DNA from: an uncultured Verrucomicrobiota bacterium
GTDB lineage: Bacteria; Verrucomicrobiota; Verrucomicrobiia; Limisphaerales; UBA9464
Reading direction: 5' to 3'
DNA length: 64,000 bases
Assembly: GCA_903907925.1 (NCBI GenBank)
Contig: CAIVQB010000073.1
Location: forward strand, 2,780 to 66,779
This document shows positions 19,301 through 29,500 of the stretch, piece after piece. A program made the position numbers and the translations under genes. How positions within the stretch are numbered: the first letter of the stretch is position 1; each line of letters starts with the position of its first letter. The notes below the pieces were generated by a model. It made no database searches. It had not been told where the DNA came from and saw only the letters and a program-made list of their open reading frames with translations.

Positions 19301-19422
19301 AGACCTCGAATCAATCGATGATGCCCGAGGGACTTTTGGAGGGGTTGCCGATCGAAGCCACTCGAAACCTGCTGGCGTATCTCATGCATCCGGGTGAGGT
19401 TCCGCCAACCGCTCCGCGATAA
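16345..19422 (+). CDS. PVC-type heme-binding CxxCH protein (membrane-bound dehydrogenase domain, HEAT-like repeats, C-terminal cytochrome c)
   Basis: It has a signal peptide. The dehydrogenase-domain start is [38 protein letters not shown]. The C-terminus has [24 protein letters not shown] (CxxCH) and NQSMMPEGL. Confidence 0.9.
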   Translation: [1025 protein letters not shown]

Positions 19423-19752
19423 GGTTTTTTCGGAGCCCCGCTCAGGGCGACATCGAGTTCGATTGTTGACACTTTAACAACGAAATATCCCTTGAGCGAG
19501 GCGGGTTCATGGGGTGTTGCTTGGGTCAACCCAATCACAGTGCAGTCCAGTGAGGCAGTTCAGAATCCGCGTGAACACTCGACGAGTCATAGTTTCAGGA
19601 ACGGTTTGGAACGGAGTCGCCGCCGCGCTGGTGCCGGTCGTTCCACCCACTCTCCCCGCCCGATCATTTCGGTCGACGCCTCCCCTCAACCCGCCCGGTC
19701 CCGTCCGGCGCCCCACGGCGAACCGCCGTGTTTCAGCGCCCCGGGTGTCACG

Positions 19753-20145
19753 ATGGCAGGTCGACTTCTGATTGCGAACGGTTCGGCGATCGACGTGGGT
19801 CATGTCTCGCAGGTACGGGCTGAACAGGTCCGCTCAATGCCGTTCGGTGCCCTGGCGGTGATTTGCGGAGGACTCGCCATCGCGGGGATCGGAGTCGCCC
19901 TCGGCGGTGATCGCTCGACGCAGGCGCTGACTCCTGCGTTCACCTGGCTGGGAATCTGGTTGTTCACCGTGGCGTCGCTGCTAAGCGCGCTCCGGGCCTT
20001 CACGGCAAGCCAACTTTGCAGCGTGGTGATCTCCACCTACGACGGCTCGGCCCATCGGGTTTCATTGCGCGGCCGGGAACAAGCCATCCACCTGGCCAAG
20101 GCGCTGCAACGCGCCATGACGTTGCCCGTCCGATCCCGTCGCTGA
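19753..20145 (+). CDS. Hypothetical small membrane protein
   Basis: An internal ATG at 19753 (MAGRLLIANG) precedes two hydrophobic helices (FGALAVICGGLAIAGIGVAL, FTWLGIWLFTVASLLSAL). No family is recognised. Confidence 0.4.
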   Translation: MAGRLLIANGSAIDVGHVSQVRAEQVRSMPFGALAVICGGLAIAGIGVALGGDRSTQALTPAFTWLGIWLFTVASLLSALRAFTASQLCSVVISTYDGSAHRVSLRGREQAIHLAKALQRAMTLPVRSRR

Positions 20146-20255
20146 ATCAGCGCGGATCCGGCTTCCCGCATTCCTTCGCAAAAGCCGGAATTCCCAGGTG
20201 GCAACACCCGGAATCCATTTCGCGTCGCGCCCACGCGGAACCGATTTACCTCCGA

Positions 20256-21716
20256 TCACGCCAGGACTTTTTCGATCACCCGCCGGTCGAGCACTCCGGT
20301 CAGGCGTTGATTGAGTCCGCTGTGGAGGAAGGTCAGCCGGGTGTGATCCAGGCCCATGAGGTGCAACACTGTCGCATGGAGATCGGACACATGACACGGC
20401 TCGTCGACCGCCTTGAATCCCAATTCGTCGGTCGCGCCGATCGCCTGTCCACCCTTCACCCCGGCGCCCGCCAGCCACATGGAAAACCCATGCCAGTCAT
20501 GGTCGCGACCCGGCTTCCCGACGCCCTCGCTGGTCGGCGTTCTTCCGAATTCGCCACCCCAGATCAACAGAGTCTCATCCCACAAACCGGTGCGCTTTAG
20601 ATCCTCAATCAGCGCTGCGATCGGCTGATCGGTCTCGCCCGCGTGCAGGCGGTGGTTGGCGATGCAATCGTTGTGACCATCCCAAGTGTCCTCGATATGG
20701 CCGCCACCGGAATAGAGCTGAATGAACCGGACCCCCTTCTCCAGCAGTCGCCGGGTGATCAGACATTTGCGGCCAAAATCCGCCGTCAGCCGATTGTTCA
20801 ATCCATAGAGCTCGCGGGTCCGCTCATCCTCGCGTCCCAAATCCACCACCTCGGCCGCCGAGGTCTGCATCCGGTAGGCCAGTTCGTAGGATTCGATCCG
20901 CGCGGCAAGTTCGGATTCTCCCGGACGGGACGCGAGATGCTCTCGATTCAGCTTCCCGAGAAGATCCAGCGCTTTGCGTTGCGTGACATCGGTCGTTCCC
21001 TCCGGCGTGGCGAGGTCCAGCAACGGCACTCCGGCGCTGCGAAACAAGGTGCCTTGATAGGCGGCCGGAATGTAGCCCGCGCCCCAGTTCGAGGCGCTCC
21101 CGATCGGACCGCCCCGCGGATCGGTCATCACCACGAAACTGGGAAGATTTTCGTTCAACGCTCCGAGCCCGTAGCTCAGCCAGGCTCCGAGGCACGGCCG
21201 CCCGATGAAGATGCTGCCGGTGTTCATCTGGAGACATCCGGAGGCGTGCGCCGCGGTATCGGAATGCATGGAGCGGATGACGCAGAGATCATCGGCAAAG
21301 CGCGCGGTGTGGGGAAACAGACTGCTGATTTCAAGGCCACTCCGGCCGTGCCGCTTGAACTCGAATGGCGATTGCATCAGGCGTCCGACCGGCCGGCCGT
21401 TGGAGCCCACCTTGGCGTCGCCTTGATAGGGCAGGCCGTTGTATTTCGACAAGGCAGGCTTCGGATCGAAGGTGTCGACCTGGCTCGGTCCACCATTCAT
21501 GAACAGAAAGACCACATGCTTTGCCCGCGGCCGGAAATGACCCGGATGCGGCGTGAGCGGACCGGGAAGGACTCCCGCGTTGGCCGGGTTGCCGCGGAAA
21601 AACAAATCGGCCAGGGCGAGTCCGGCAAATCCGCCGCCGACCTGCCAGAGAAACTCGCGACGGGACCGCCCGCACGGCGTGGGATTCGGAATAAATCGGG
21701 ATCCGGGCGTCGTCAT
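20256..21716 (-). CDS. DUF1501 domain protein (sulfatase-like fold, Tat signal)
   Basis: SRREFLWQVGGGFAGLALADLF is a Tat-type N-terminus. The 486-aa body is typical of DUF1501, and the gene sits immediately downstream of a PSD1/DUF1553 gene. Confidence 0.9.
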   Translation of the reverse strand: MTTPGSRFIPNPTPCGRSRREFLWQVGGGFAGLALADLFFRGNPANAGVLPGPLTPHPGHFRPRAKHVVFLFMNGGPSQVDTFDPKPALSKYNGLPYQGDAKVGSNGRPVGRLMQSPFEFKRHGRSGLEISSLFPHTARFADDLCVIRSMHSDTAAHASGCLQMNTGSIFIGRPCLGAWLSYGLGALNENLPSFVVMTDPRGGPIGSASNWGAGYIPAAYQGTLFRSAGVPLLDLATPEGTTDVTQRKALDLLGKLNREHLASRPGESELAARIESYELAYRMQTSAAEVVDLGREDERTRELYGLNNRLTADFGRKCLITRRLLEKGVRFIQLYSGGGHIEDTWDGHNDCIANHRLHAGETDQPIAALIEDLKRTGLWDETLLIWGGEFGRTPTSEGVGKPGRDHDWHGFSMWLAGAGVKGGQAIGATDELGFKAVDEPCHVSDLHATVLHLMGLDHTRLTFLHSGLNQRLTGVLDRRVIEKVLA

Positions 21717-21722
21717 CTGGGG

Positions 21723-24011
21723 TCACTCCGGGTAGGCGAATTCATTGAGGTTGAAGAGCACGCGGCAGACTTGTTCGAGACCCTGATCCGGATTCATCCC
21801 AGACGCCGGTCCCAGGAATTCCATCAGCGTCCTGCGTTCCGTCGCATTCGGCGGCCGGCACAGAGTCAGGCGAACCGCGAGATCCACCTGACGCACCGGA
21901 TCGGATCCCGCCTCCCGTTTCAACCGTTCGGCAAAGTGTCGTGCCTGCAAGTGGACGAATTCTCCATTGAACAGCGTGAGCGCCTGCGGGGCGACGGTGG
22001 TTACCTGACGCCGCGGCGCGCTGCTGACCGTGTCGCACAAATCGAGCACTTCCAGCAACGGCACCACCAGGCCGCGCTTGATAAAGGCGTATACTGTTCG
22101 CCGCGAGGTCTCCGCTTCGCCGGCGGCCGTCCAGATCGAGTCACGATCGGTATTGGCCTCCAACGCCGCGCTCGGGATGGGAAGAAACACTCCCCGCCCC
22201 CCCATGCGCAGGTCGAGGCGACCGCTCACCGCCAGGATCGAATCACGCAACGCTTCCACTTCCAGGCGGCGATAGGATTGATGACTGAGCCAACGATTGT
22301 CCAGGTCAGCGGCCACCGCCTCAGCCCGCGCGGACCGGCTCAAACGCCAAGTACGACTGCCAAGAATCATCCGGTGCAGTGCTTTCACCGACCATCCGCC
22401 CTCGTGGACAAACCAATCGGAAAGCCAGTCGAGTAGTTCCGGCTGACTCGGCGGCTCGCCCATGGTTCCGAAATCATTGGCGGTGCGAACGAGTCCCACT
22501 CCGAAATGCTGCTGCCAGACGCGATTCACCAGAACCCGCGCGGTCAACGGGTTCGACGGACTGGCGATCCACTGCGCGAGCCCCAACCGCCGGTGACTGG
22601 TCCACGGATCGGGTTTCGGAAACATCGGTTGCTGCCGAACCAGTACCGCGGGCACCGCCGGCTCCACGCGATCGCCCGGACGCGAGGGATTGCCACGCAA
22701 CAGAACATGCGACACCGGCGCAAGCCCGGCCGGTTCATACAGAAAATAGCCCTCCGGATACTCCGCGTTGAAGCTCTTTAATCGCTCCTGAACGCGCGGA
22801 TGCCCGATCCCGTCCGACGATTCTGTTGTCTTGGCTTTTTGGTCCGCCTCACGCTGCAGACGTTGGTATTCCTCGATCCGCGCCGGTGGTCCCGCCGGCC
22901 GCGTCAGTTCGGTGCGACCGTTTTGCGGACGGTTCAACGGCGCGAATACCGAGACCATGGAATAGTAATCCCGCGTGGTCAGCGGCTCGAACTTGTGATC
23001 GTGGCAGCGCGCGCAACCGAGGGTCAGTCCGAGAAACGCCTGCGAGGTGGTGCTGACGATGTCGTCCAATTGATCGTAGCGATCGGTCGCGGGATCCGCC
23101 GGTTCGTCATCCCAATTACCGAGCCGCAAATAGCCAGTGGCCAGCACTGTCTCGGACGAGGCATCAGGCACTTCGTCACCGGCGAGTTGTTCCGTCAGAA
23201 AACGGTCATAGGGTTTATCCTTGTTGAAGGCGTCGATGACATAGTCGCGGTACCGCCAGACCATGGGTTTTTCGGCGTCGCGCTCGTATCCGTTGCTATC
23301 GGCATAACGCACCACATCCAGCCAGTGGCGCGCCCACCGCTGGCCGTATGCGGGACGCGCGAGCAACTCTTCAATCACCCGATCCAGGGCCGCGTCGGAC
23401 GGGTCCCGCAGAAAAGTTTCCTGTTCGGCGGGCGTGGGTGGGAGTCCGGTCAGATCGAGATGGACCCGACGCAGGAGTGCGGCGAAACCAGCCTCGGGTG
23501 CAGGTTTCAAACCATGGGCTTCGCACTGCGCCAGAACGAACGCATCAATCGGATTCCGCGCCCAGCCGGGTGTCGCGACGGTCGGAGGGGATGGACGGCG
23601 AACCGGTTGAAAGGCCCAGTGATCCCCGGGCGCGATCCGCACCGGTTCATCCTTGGGAAAGGGTGCGTCGGATTCGATCCATCGCCGCAACAGGGTGATT
23701 TCTTCCGGCGTCAGCGGTCGCTCATCGAGCGGCATCCGCACTTCGGGATCGGTCGAGGTGACCTTCTGGATCAACCGGCTGATCCCGGCGGCATCGCGCT
23801 CGAGAACAGACCCATGACGTCCTCCTCTGTGAACCAGGATTCCCGCGTCCAGACGCAGATCGCCCTTTTGTTTCAGCCTCGAATGGCATGGATAACAGCG
23901 GCGTTCGAGCAGCGGCTTCACCTCACGCCGGTAGTCTACCTCCTCTCCCCGCACCACACCCACGGCCGCCAGCATCGAAGCGACGAGGACCGATACCCAC
24001 GCCATGACCAT
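21723..24011 (-). CDS. PSCyt/DUF1549/DUF1553 (PSD1) family protein with an N-terminal planctomycete cytochrome c-like motif
   Basis: The signal peptide is MVMAWVSVLVASMLAAVGVV. It is followed by VDYRREVKPLLERRCYPCHSRLKQKGDLRLD, then DUF1549- and DUF1553-type sequence (CARCHDHKFEP). The ORF is open up to 24068. Confidence 0.9.
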   Translation of the reverse strand: MVMAWVSVLVASMLAAVGVVRGEEVDYRREVKPLLERRCYPCHSRLKQKGDLRLDAGILVHRGGRHGSVLERDAAGISRLIQKVTSTDPEVRMPLDERPLTPEEITLLRRWIESDAPFPKDEPVRIAPGDHWAFQPVRRPSPPTVATPGWARNPIDAFVLAQCEAHGLKPAPEAGFAALLRRVHLDLTGLPPTPAEQETFLRDPSDAALDRVIEELLARPAYGQRWARHWLDVVRYADSNGYERDAEKPMVWRYRDYVIDAFNKDKPYDRFLTEQLAGDEVPDASSETVLATGYLRLGNWDDEPADPATDRYDQLDDIVSTTSQAFLGLTLGCARCHDHKFEPLTTRDYYSMVSVFAPLNRPQNGRTELTRPAGPPARIEEYQRLQREADQKAKTTESSDGIGHPRVQERLKSFNAEYPEGYFLYEPAGLAPVSHVLLRGNPSRPGDRVEPAVPAVLVRQQPMFPKPDPWTSHRRLGLAQWIASPSNPLTARVLVNRVWQQHFGVGLVRTANDFGTMGEPPSQPELLDWLSDWFVHEGGWSVKALHRMILGSRTWRLSRSARAEAVAADLDNRWLSHQSYRRLEVEALRDSILAVSGRLDLRMGGRGVFLPIPSAALEANTDRDSIWTAAGEAETSRRTVYAFIKRGLVVPLLEVLDLCDTVSSAPRRQVTTVAPQALTLFNGEFVHLQARHFAERLKREAGSDPVRQVDLAVRLTLCRPPNATERRTLMEFLGPASGMNPDQGLEQVCRVLFNLNEFAYPE

Positions 24012-24308
24012 CGGAGATCGTGAAGATATCCGGATCGGGCATTCCAGTTGGGCATTCAGACCTGCCATTCACGCCCGCCGACGCGTCGCTGGAATATCCG
24101 CACGATCCCAGAGTGTCTTGCGCGGTGGAGCGCCTCAAGCCTACTCCCCAACCGGGCGAATTGAAGCGGTGTTTTCGGCGGGAGGGTTCACTCCATACGG
24201 GCCGGTCCGCGATTTTTTGGCCGGATCCATGAACAGGGATTCTCGGAAAACAAAAACGTCGCCGGCATCCCCCTGGGACACCGGCGACGGTGAGTCTCTT
24301 GTCCGAGA

Positions 24309-27300
24309 TCAGAAATTCAGCGCCAGCACGCCGGCCGCATCGGCTTGGAACCCCGATGCCGCGGGCGCCACGGTCACTGTCAGGCCGGGACCATTGGCTA
24401 CTGCGGAAACAGAGTAGAACGCGCCGGGAACACATCCGGTGACGAAGTGATTCAACACACTGCCAGGAACCGAATACGCCGTCCCCGCAAACGGTTGCGT
24501 GATGTCCATGACGAACAGAACGGCGCAGCCCGCGACCGTGGTTCCCTGCATCGGAGTGCCACCAGTGCTCTGGATAAGCGTCGCCGGACTGGCCGGAGTG
24601 AACGGGTCAGCGCCTTGCAGCACGTGGAGGAACCGGACAGACGCGGGATGACTGGTGTCCTCGACCACGATGCGACCCGCCGACGGCTCCAGCCAGGCCA
24701 CCGTGGGCAGCGTGCTGCTGGTCGGGAAGTAGGTCGTGGTGGCGTTGGCAGGCAGCAGGGTTTGCACGAAGAGATGCTGGCCCCTCGGCGTGGTTTCAGT
24801 GACCAGACCCGGCGTGATTTGCGGCGGCGAAACCATGTTCAAATTGAATTGCTTGAACAGGCCTGTGTGGATCGATGAGGCCCGGTCGTAGATCACGACG
24901 TGGTCGGGCTTGATCCAAAGAATCGACCGGCTGGCGTGGGTGATATCCAGACAGGCGTTGGTCGGCGTCCAAATACTGGGACGATTGTACAACGGTGTGA
25001 TGTCCGCATTGGCAAATGTGTAGCCGGGTCCGCTGCTGATGAGTGTGACCGGATCGCCGGAGGACATTCCGAGCGTCCACTGGCTTCCGGACTGGAACAG
25101 CGGATTCTCGAACCAATTGAGCTGCGGCGTGCCGGCGGGGCACCAGTTTTTCAGCGACAGGGTGTTGTGCCACATTGATGCCTGACCATTGCCAACGCTG
25201 TCGTAGTTGCTCACCTCCTTGGTCAGCCATTCACCCTGGCGATAGAATTCGAACTGGCCGGCGTCGGCATCCTGATGGTTGATGGAATTCCAACTGGCGC
25301 GGAAGTCGAACTGGTCGGCGAGCGGTGTCCAGGCAGTGCGATCGATGATTCGGCCCTGAAGATCGTCGGCAAATGCGGTGGGGTAGGCAGGCCGGGGATC
25401 GGCAGCCGCCGGCAATGCGGGATCGAGCAACAGGAAATACAATGCCGACTCGGTCACACCATAACTCCAGGGACTGGAGACCCGGCTGAGAAGATTGTTG
25501 TGCCCGCCTTCCACGGCCTCGGTCACGAACCAGCGCGCGACATCGCGATGTGTGGTCTGTCCATTCTCCTGTTCCAACAAGGAAAGCAGCGCATACGGCT
25601 CCATGTAATCCGGCGTGATCCAGAGACGCAGCAGATCGCCGTAACTGTCCATCTCGAACACCGGCCCCATCCACGACCAGTTGGGATAGACTTGGGCGGC
25701 GGGAACCAGGGAGCTGATGAAGCCCTGCGCGAATCGGCCCCACACCGGGGCATCGATCAGGCCAATCTGCGGACCTGCGAGAGTTGGGTCATGGAATCCG
25801 GCGGTCTGCAGACCGAGGAGTCCGCCCAGCACGTAGGCGAAGGAATGGCCATACAACATGCCTTCCGGCGGAAGTCCGCCACTGGCGAGACCGACCTTCG
25901 TTCCGGGTTGAAGAGCGTAGGCACTGGTGACAGTGGAGGGATCGCCGAACATGGCGAACTGCTGATAGAGCCAGGCACCGGTGGCATCGGTGAGATAGCT
26001 TCGGAGCGAGTTCCCGATCAGAGCAATAGGCTGGCTGGGATTCACGGCCGGATCATCCGAGGGATCAATGGCGAGGCTCATCAAGGTGAGCAACCGCGCA
26101 TGGCCGGCGTAGTAGTTGTTCGCCGCCATGCGATAGGCATTGCCGTTGGGAAGAAGTTGGGTGCTGTTGACCACGCCGATCGGTGCGGGGTGATCGCCAC
26201 CAGTGGTGTAGGCGTTGAGACAATCATTGGCCCACTGCATGAAAACATTTCGAATCGTCAGCTTGTCGGAGCCGCTCAGGACTGGGACTCCATTTGTATC
26301 GGTCGCGTTGTAAATCCAGTCCACGGCCAGCGGCCAGCATTCGGAAGACCCATTGCCGTGATTGTAGACGGCGAACATCGGGTCCCGGAACGGTGCGTTG
26401 ACCAGATGACCCAACGCGGCCTGATTCATCGCATACATGATCAGGTTGCGGGCGTACCCGGCATAGCGGCTGCGAGCGATCGGATCCGGATCAATGAGAG
26501 AATTGAATGCCAGGATGAAGGCGTATTCCTCGCTCAACAGGCCCTGATATCCCTGCGTGTCACCCGGGTCCGGATAGTTCGGATTGGCAACACCGCCGGG
26601 AAAGAACTGATGAGTGTAGTCGGTCACCGCCTTCTGCAACAGGGGCACGATTCCCTGCTGATAGATCGGGTTGGTCGAGGTCGCCCAACTGCGCAAACGG
26701 GTCAGGTGATTGGTGGTGACCCAGAGGCGCGGATGGCTGTCCACGGGGTACGGAACCGGCGCGGGTGTGAAAAACGTCGCGGTCAAGGCGAGATTGGCCG
26801 TCGGCATCGTGACCGTCGTCGATGGCGACTGAAACCCGGCGACCGGGCCACCCATCCATTGCTGAAACACCTGTCCGGCAGCCGGAGTATTGGCCGTGAT
26901 GTGGACCACCGTTCCAGCGGTGTAATTGCCGCCACCCGAACCGTTGTTGATCGTTAGAGTGTAGGTCGTCGGAGGCGGGGGCGGCGGTGGAGTCGTGGAG
27001 CCACCGGTTCCACCTGAACTGGTGACCGTAAACGTCGGTGCCATGGTCGAGGCGGAGGCACCAACGCTATCGCGCACAAGTGCTCCGACGGACTAAGATC
27101 CAGGCGGGACATTGGGCATCGTACAGGTGAACGGCGGACCCGTGAGCACCTGGATGATCTTGGCCACGCTCGGCGTGGACTGGTAGAAGGTTACGCTGGA
27201 AATGGTCGCGCCCGGGTTGGGATCACTGACGGTGATCTGCAACGGGACATTGGAGTACGCCGGATACGTCGCGTTGGCACCGGGGATCACCCAGGTCACC

Positions 27301-27437
27301 ACCGGCTTTGGCAGCGACGACCCATCGCCGAGCACAGCGGCCGTGGTCATCGCCCCCATCATCAGGCCAGCTACCCCATACCAGCGCGCCAAGGGAGCGC
27401 CACCACACCATCGATTGGATCCATTCATAGTCTTCAT
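24309..27437 (-). pseudogene. Secreted heparinase II/III-like polysaccharide lyase interrupted by one in-frame TAG (27093-27095)
   Basis: ORFs 27093..27545 and 24309..27077 are in the same frame. The upstream piece supplies the signal peptide and half of an Ig-like domain. The downstream piece has a list-type beta repeat and a lyase body with the NSINHQDADAGQFEFYRQGEWL motif. Confidence 0.7.
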
Positions 27438-27627
27438 TTCGCGCAAGGCAGATCGGAACAAAACGGCAGAACTCAGAAGGAATCCGCCTGTCCCAGGCCT
27501 ACAACCCCTCCTCTGTGCCAGCATCGCCGCGCTGCAGGTTTTCACCCTCCTTTAAGCTGGAAGCCGAAAAGGGTTACACCCCGACGGTTGCGTTCGTTCA
27601 AAGCGATGCGATGAATGCCGGCAAACG

Positions 27628-28098
27628 ATGACCATTCACACGCTGGACCAGGAACTCTGGCTGCCCCGCGCCCGGGACGAGGTGTTTCCGTTTTTCGCCG
27701 ATGCGCGGAATCTGGAAATCATCACGCCCACTTGGCTGAAGTTCCGCGTCCTGAATCCCGGGCCGATCCCGATGCGCTCCGGCACGCGCATCGACTATCG
27801 ACTCTCCCTGCACGGAATCCCATTTCAGTGGCAGAGCGAGATCACCCTTTGGGAACCGCCGTTTCGATTCTGCGATGAACAACGCCGTGGACCCTACCGC
27901 TGCTGGATCCATCAGCATGAATTCCTGGAACGCGACGGCGGAACCCTCTGCATCGATAGGGTCCGCTATTCCGTGTCCGGCGGATCCTGGATCAACCGCC
28001 TGTTTGTCCGACGCGAAGTGGACAAGATCTTCGCCTATCGCCTGCAGGTGTTGCTGGACCGATTTGCAGCCAACCGGTTTTCAGCGAGAAACCTGTAA
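27628..28098 (+). CDS. SRPBCC-family (cyclase/dehydrase, START-like) protein
   Basis: The 156-aa sequence ELWLPRARDEVFPFFADARNLEIITPTWLKFRVL...FCDEQRRGPYRCWIHQHEF is typical of SRPBCC proteins. Confidence 0.8.
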   Translation: MTIHTLDQELWLPRARDEVFPFFADARNLEIITPTWLKFRVLNPGPIPMRSGTRIDYRLSLHGIPFQWQSEITLWEPPFRFCDEQRRGPYRCWIHQHEFLERDGGTLCIDRVRYSVSGGSWINRLFVRREVDKIFAYRLQVLLDRFAANRFSARNL

Positions 28099-28172
28099 CG
28101 AGCGCCATTTCCCACCGTCCACCCGAGCTCCATGAGTCCAAGCGTAACCGCAAAAGAACCGGGTAGACGCTC

Positions 28173-29453
28173 TCACTTCTTCGTGGCGATGCAGGAGAGT
28201 TGATTCCCGGTGCGCAGGTAGATGCGACCGTTGCTGAACGCGGGCGTGCTGAGGGTCTCTTCCTTCCATTCATTCCGGGCGAGGATTTCCAGGCGTGGAG
28301 CGGACCGGACCACCACGCAGTTTCCCTGTCCGCTGGTGAAGTAGATGCGGCCTTCTGCCGCGACCGGCGAGACTTTGACGTTGTCGGTGAACAACCGTTC
28401 CTGCCACAGGATCGTGCCGGACTTCAATTCAACGCAGGAGGCCATGCCATCATCGCGGATGGTGAAAACGCGTCCCTGATCGATGACCGGAGTCGGGCAA
28501 TCGGGCGCGAACTTGGGCACCGACCACAGGCGGTTGCTGGCGGTAATGTCGCCGCTGCCACCGGCGCGAAACGCCACGGTGTAGCCACGGTTTTGGAAGC
28601 CCGACGCAACCGCCACCACCACACCGTCGGCCGTCGCCGCGCCGGCGATCGTGCGGCCGTAGGGGTGGTCCACCTTCACGCCCTTGAAAACCCAGCGTTG
28701 CCGGCCGTTTGCCGGATCGTAGGCATCAATCGCCTCGGCACCCGCCAGCGCCACGGAGTGCACTCCACCGGCGTTCACCGGAAAGGGACTGCTGTACGAA
28801 TCATTGGCCTCCTCACGCGCACCCAGATTGCGGTCGGTTTTCCACAGGGTCCGTCCCGTCTTCGGATCTACGGCCAGAAGGAAGGAGGGGCCCTGATGCA
28901 TCATCGTCACCAGCAGGCGGCCGTCCAGCAACAGAGGCGAGGATCCATAACCGTGATTGGCGTGGTAGGCTCCGTAGTCGGCGGCGAGATTCCGACGCCA
29001 GACCACTTTACCTTCCACATCCAGGCAGGCCAGGTCGCCCGTTCCGAACATCACCCAGATTCGTTTGCCGTCCGCCACCGCCGAAGGCGTCGCCATGTTG
29101 TGAATGGAATTGGCTTTCGCGGTGCCGTTCGCCACTTCGCGGTCCCAGAGAAGCCGCCCTGACTTCGCGTCGATGGCGATCACATGGAGCCCGTGATCGG
29201 CGGTCTGGCTGGTGAGATAGACCCGGCCACCCACGACCACCGGGGAGGATGCGCCCTTTCCCGGGATCTCCACTGACCACGCCACATTCCGGGTTCGGGA
29301 CCATTCCAACGGAAATCCACGATCCCGCGTGGTCGCCGTGCCAGCCGGCCCAAGCCACGAAGGCCAGTCGCTGGCGCTGGTTTCAAAGCTGGGGGACACC
29401 GCTCCACCGAAGAGCAGAGTCAGCATCAGGAAAACGGTCGGTTGGGTCTTCAT
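28173..29453 (-). CDS. Secreted PQQ-like (BamB-type) beta-propeller repeat protein
   Basis: The signal peptide is MKTQPTVFLMLTLLFGG. It is followed by DWPSWLGPAG and repeated SSPVVVGGRVYL-type blades. Confidence 0.8.
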   Translation of the reverse strand: MKTQPTVFLMLTLLFGGAVSPSFETSASDWPSWLGPAGTATTRDRGFPLEWSRTRNVAWSVEIPGKGASSPVVVGGRVYLTSQTADHGLHVIAIDAKSGRLLWDREVANGTAKANSIHNMATPSAVADGKRIWVMFGTGDLACLDVEGKVVWRRNLAADYGAYHANHGYGSSPLLLDGRLLVTMMHQGPSFLLAVDPKTGRTLWKTDRNLGAREEANDSYSSPFPVNAGGVHSVALAGAEAIDAYDPANGRQRWVFKGVKVDHPYGRTIAGAATADGVVVAVASGFQNRGYTVAFRAGGSGDITASNRLWSVPKFAPDCPTPVIDQGRVFTIRDDGMASCVELKSGTILWQERLFTDNVKVSPVAAEGRIYFTSGQGNCVVVRSAPRLEILARNEWKEETLSTPAFSNGRIYLRTGNQLSCIATKK

Positions 29454-29500
29454 GGATGGCCTTATCCAGCCAGAGGCGACGACCACCGGCAAGTCGCGGG

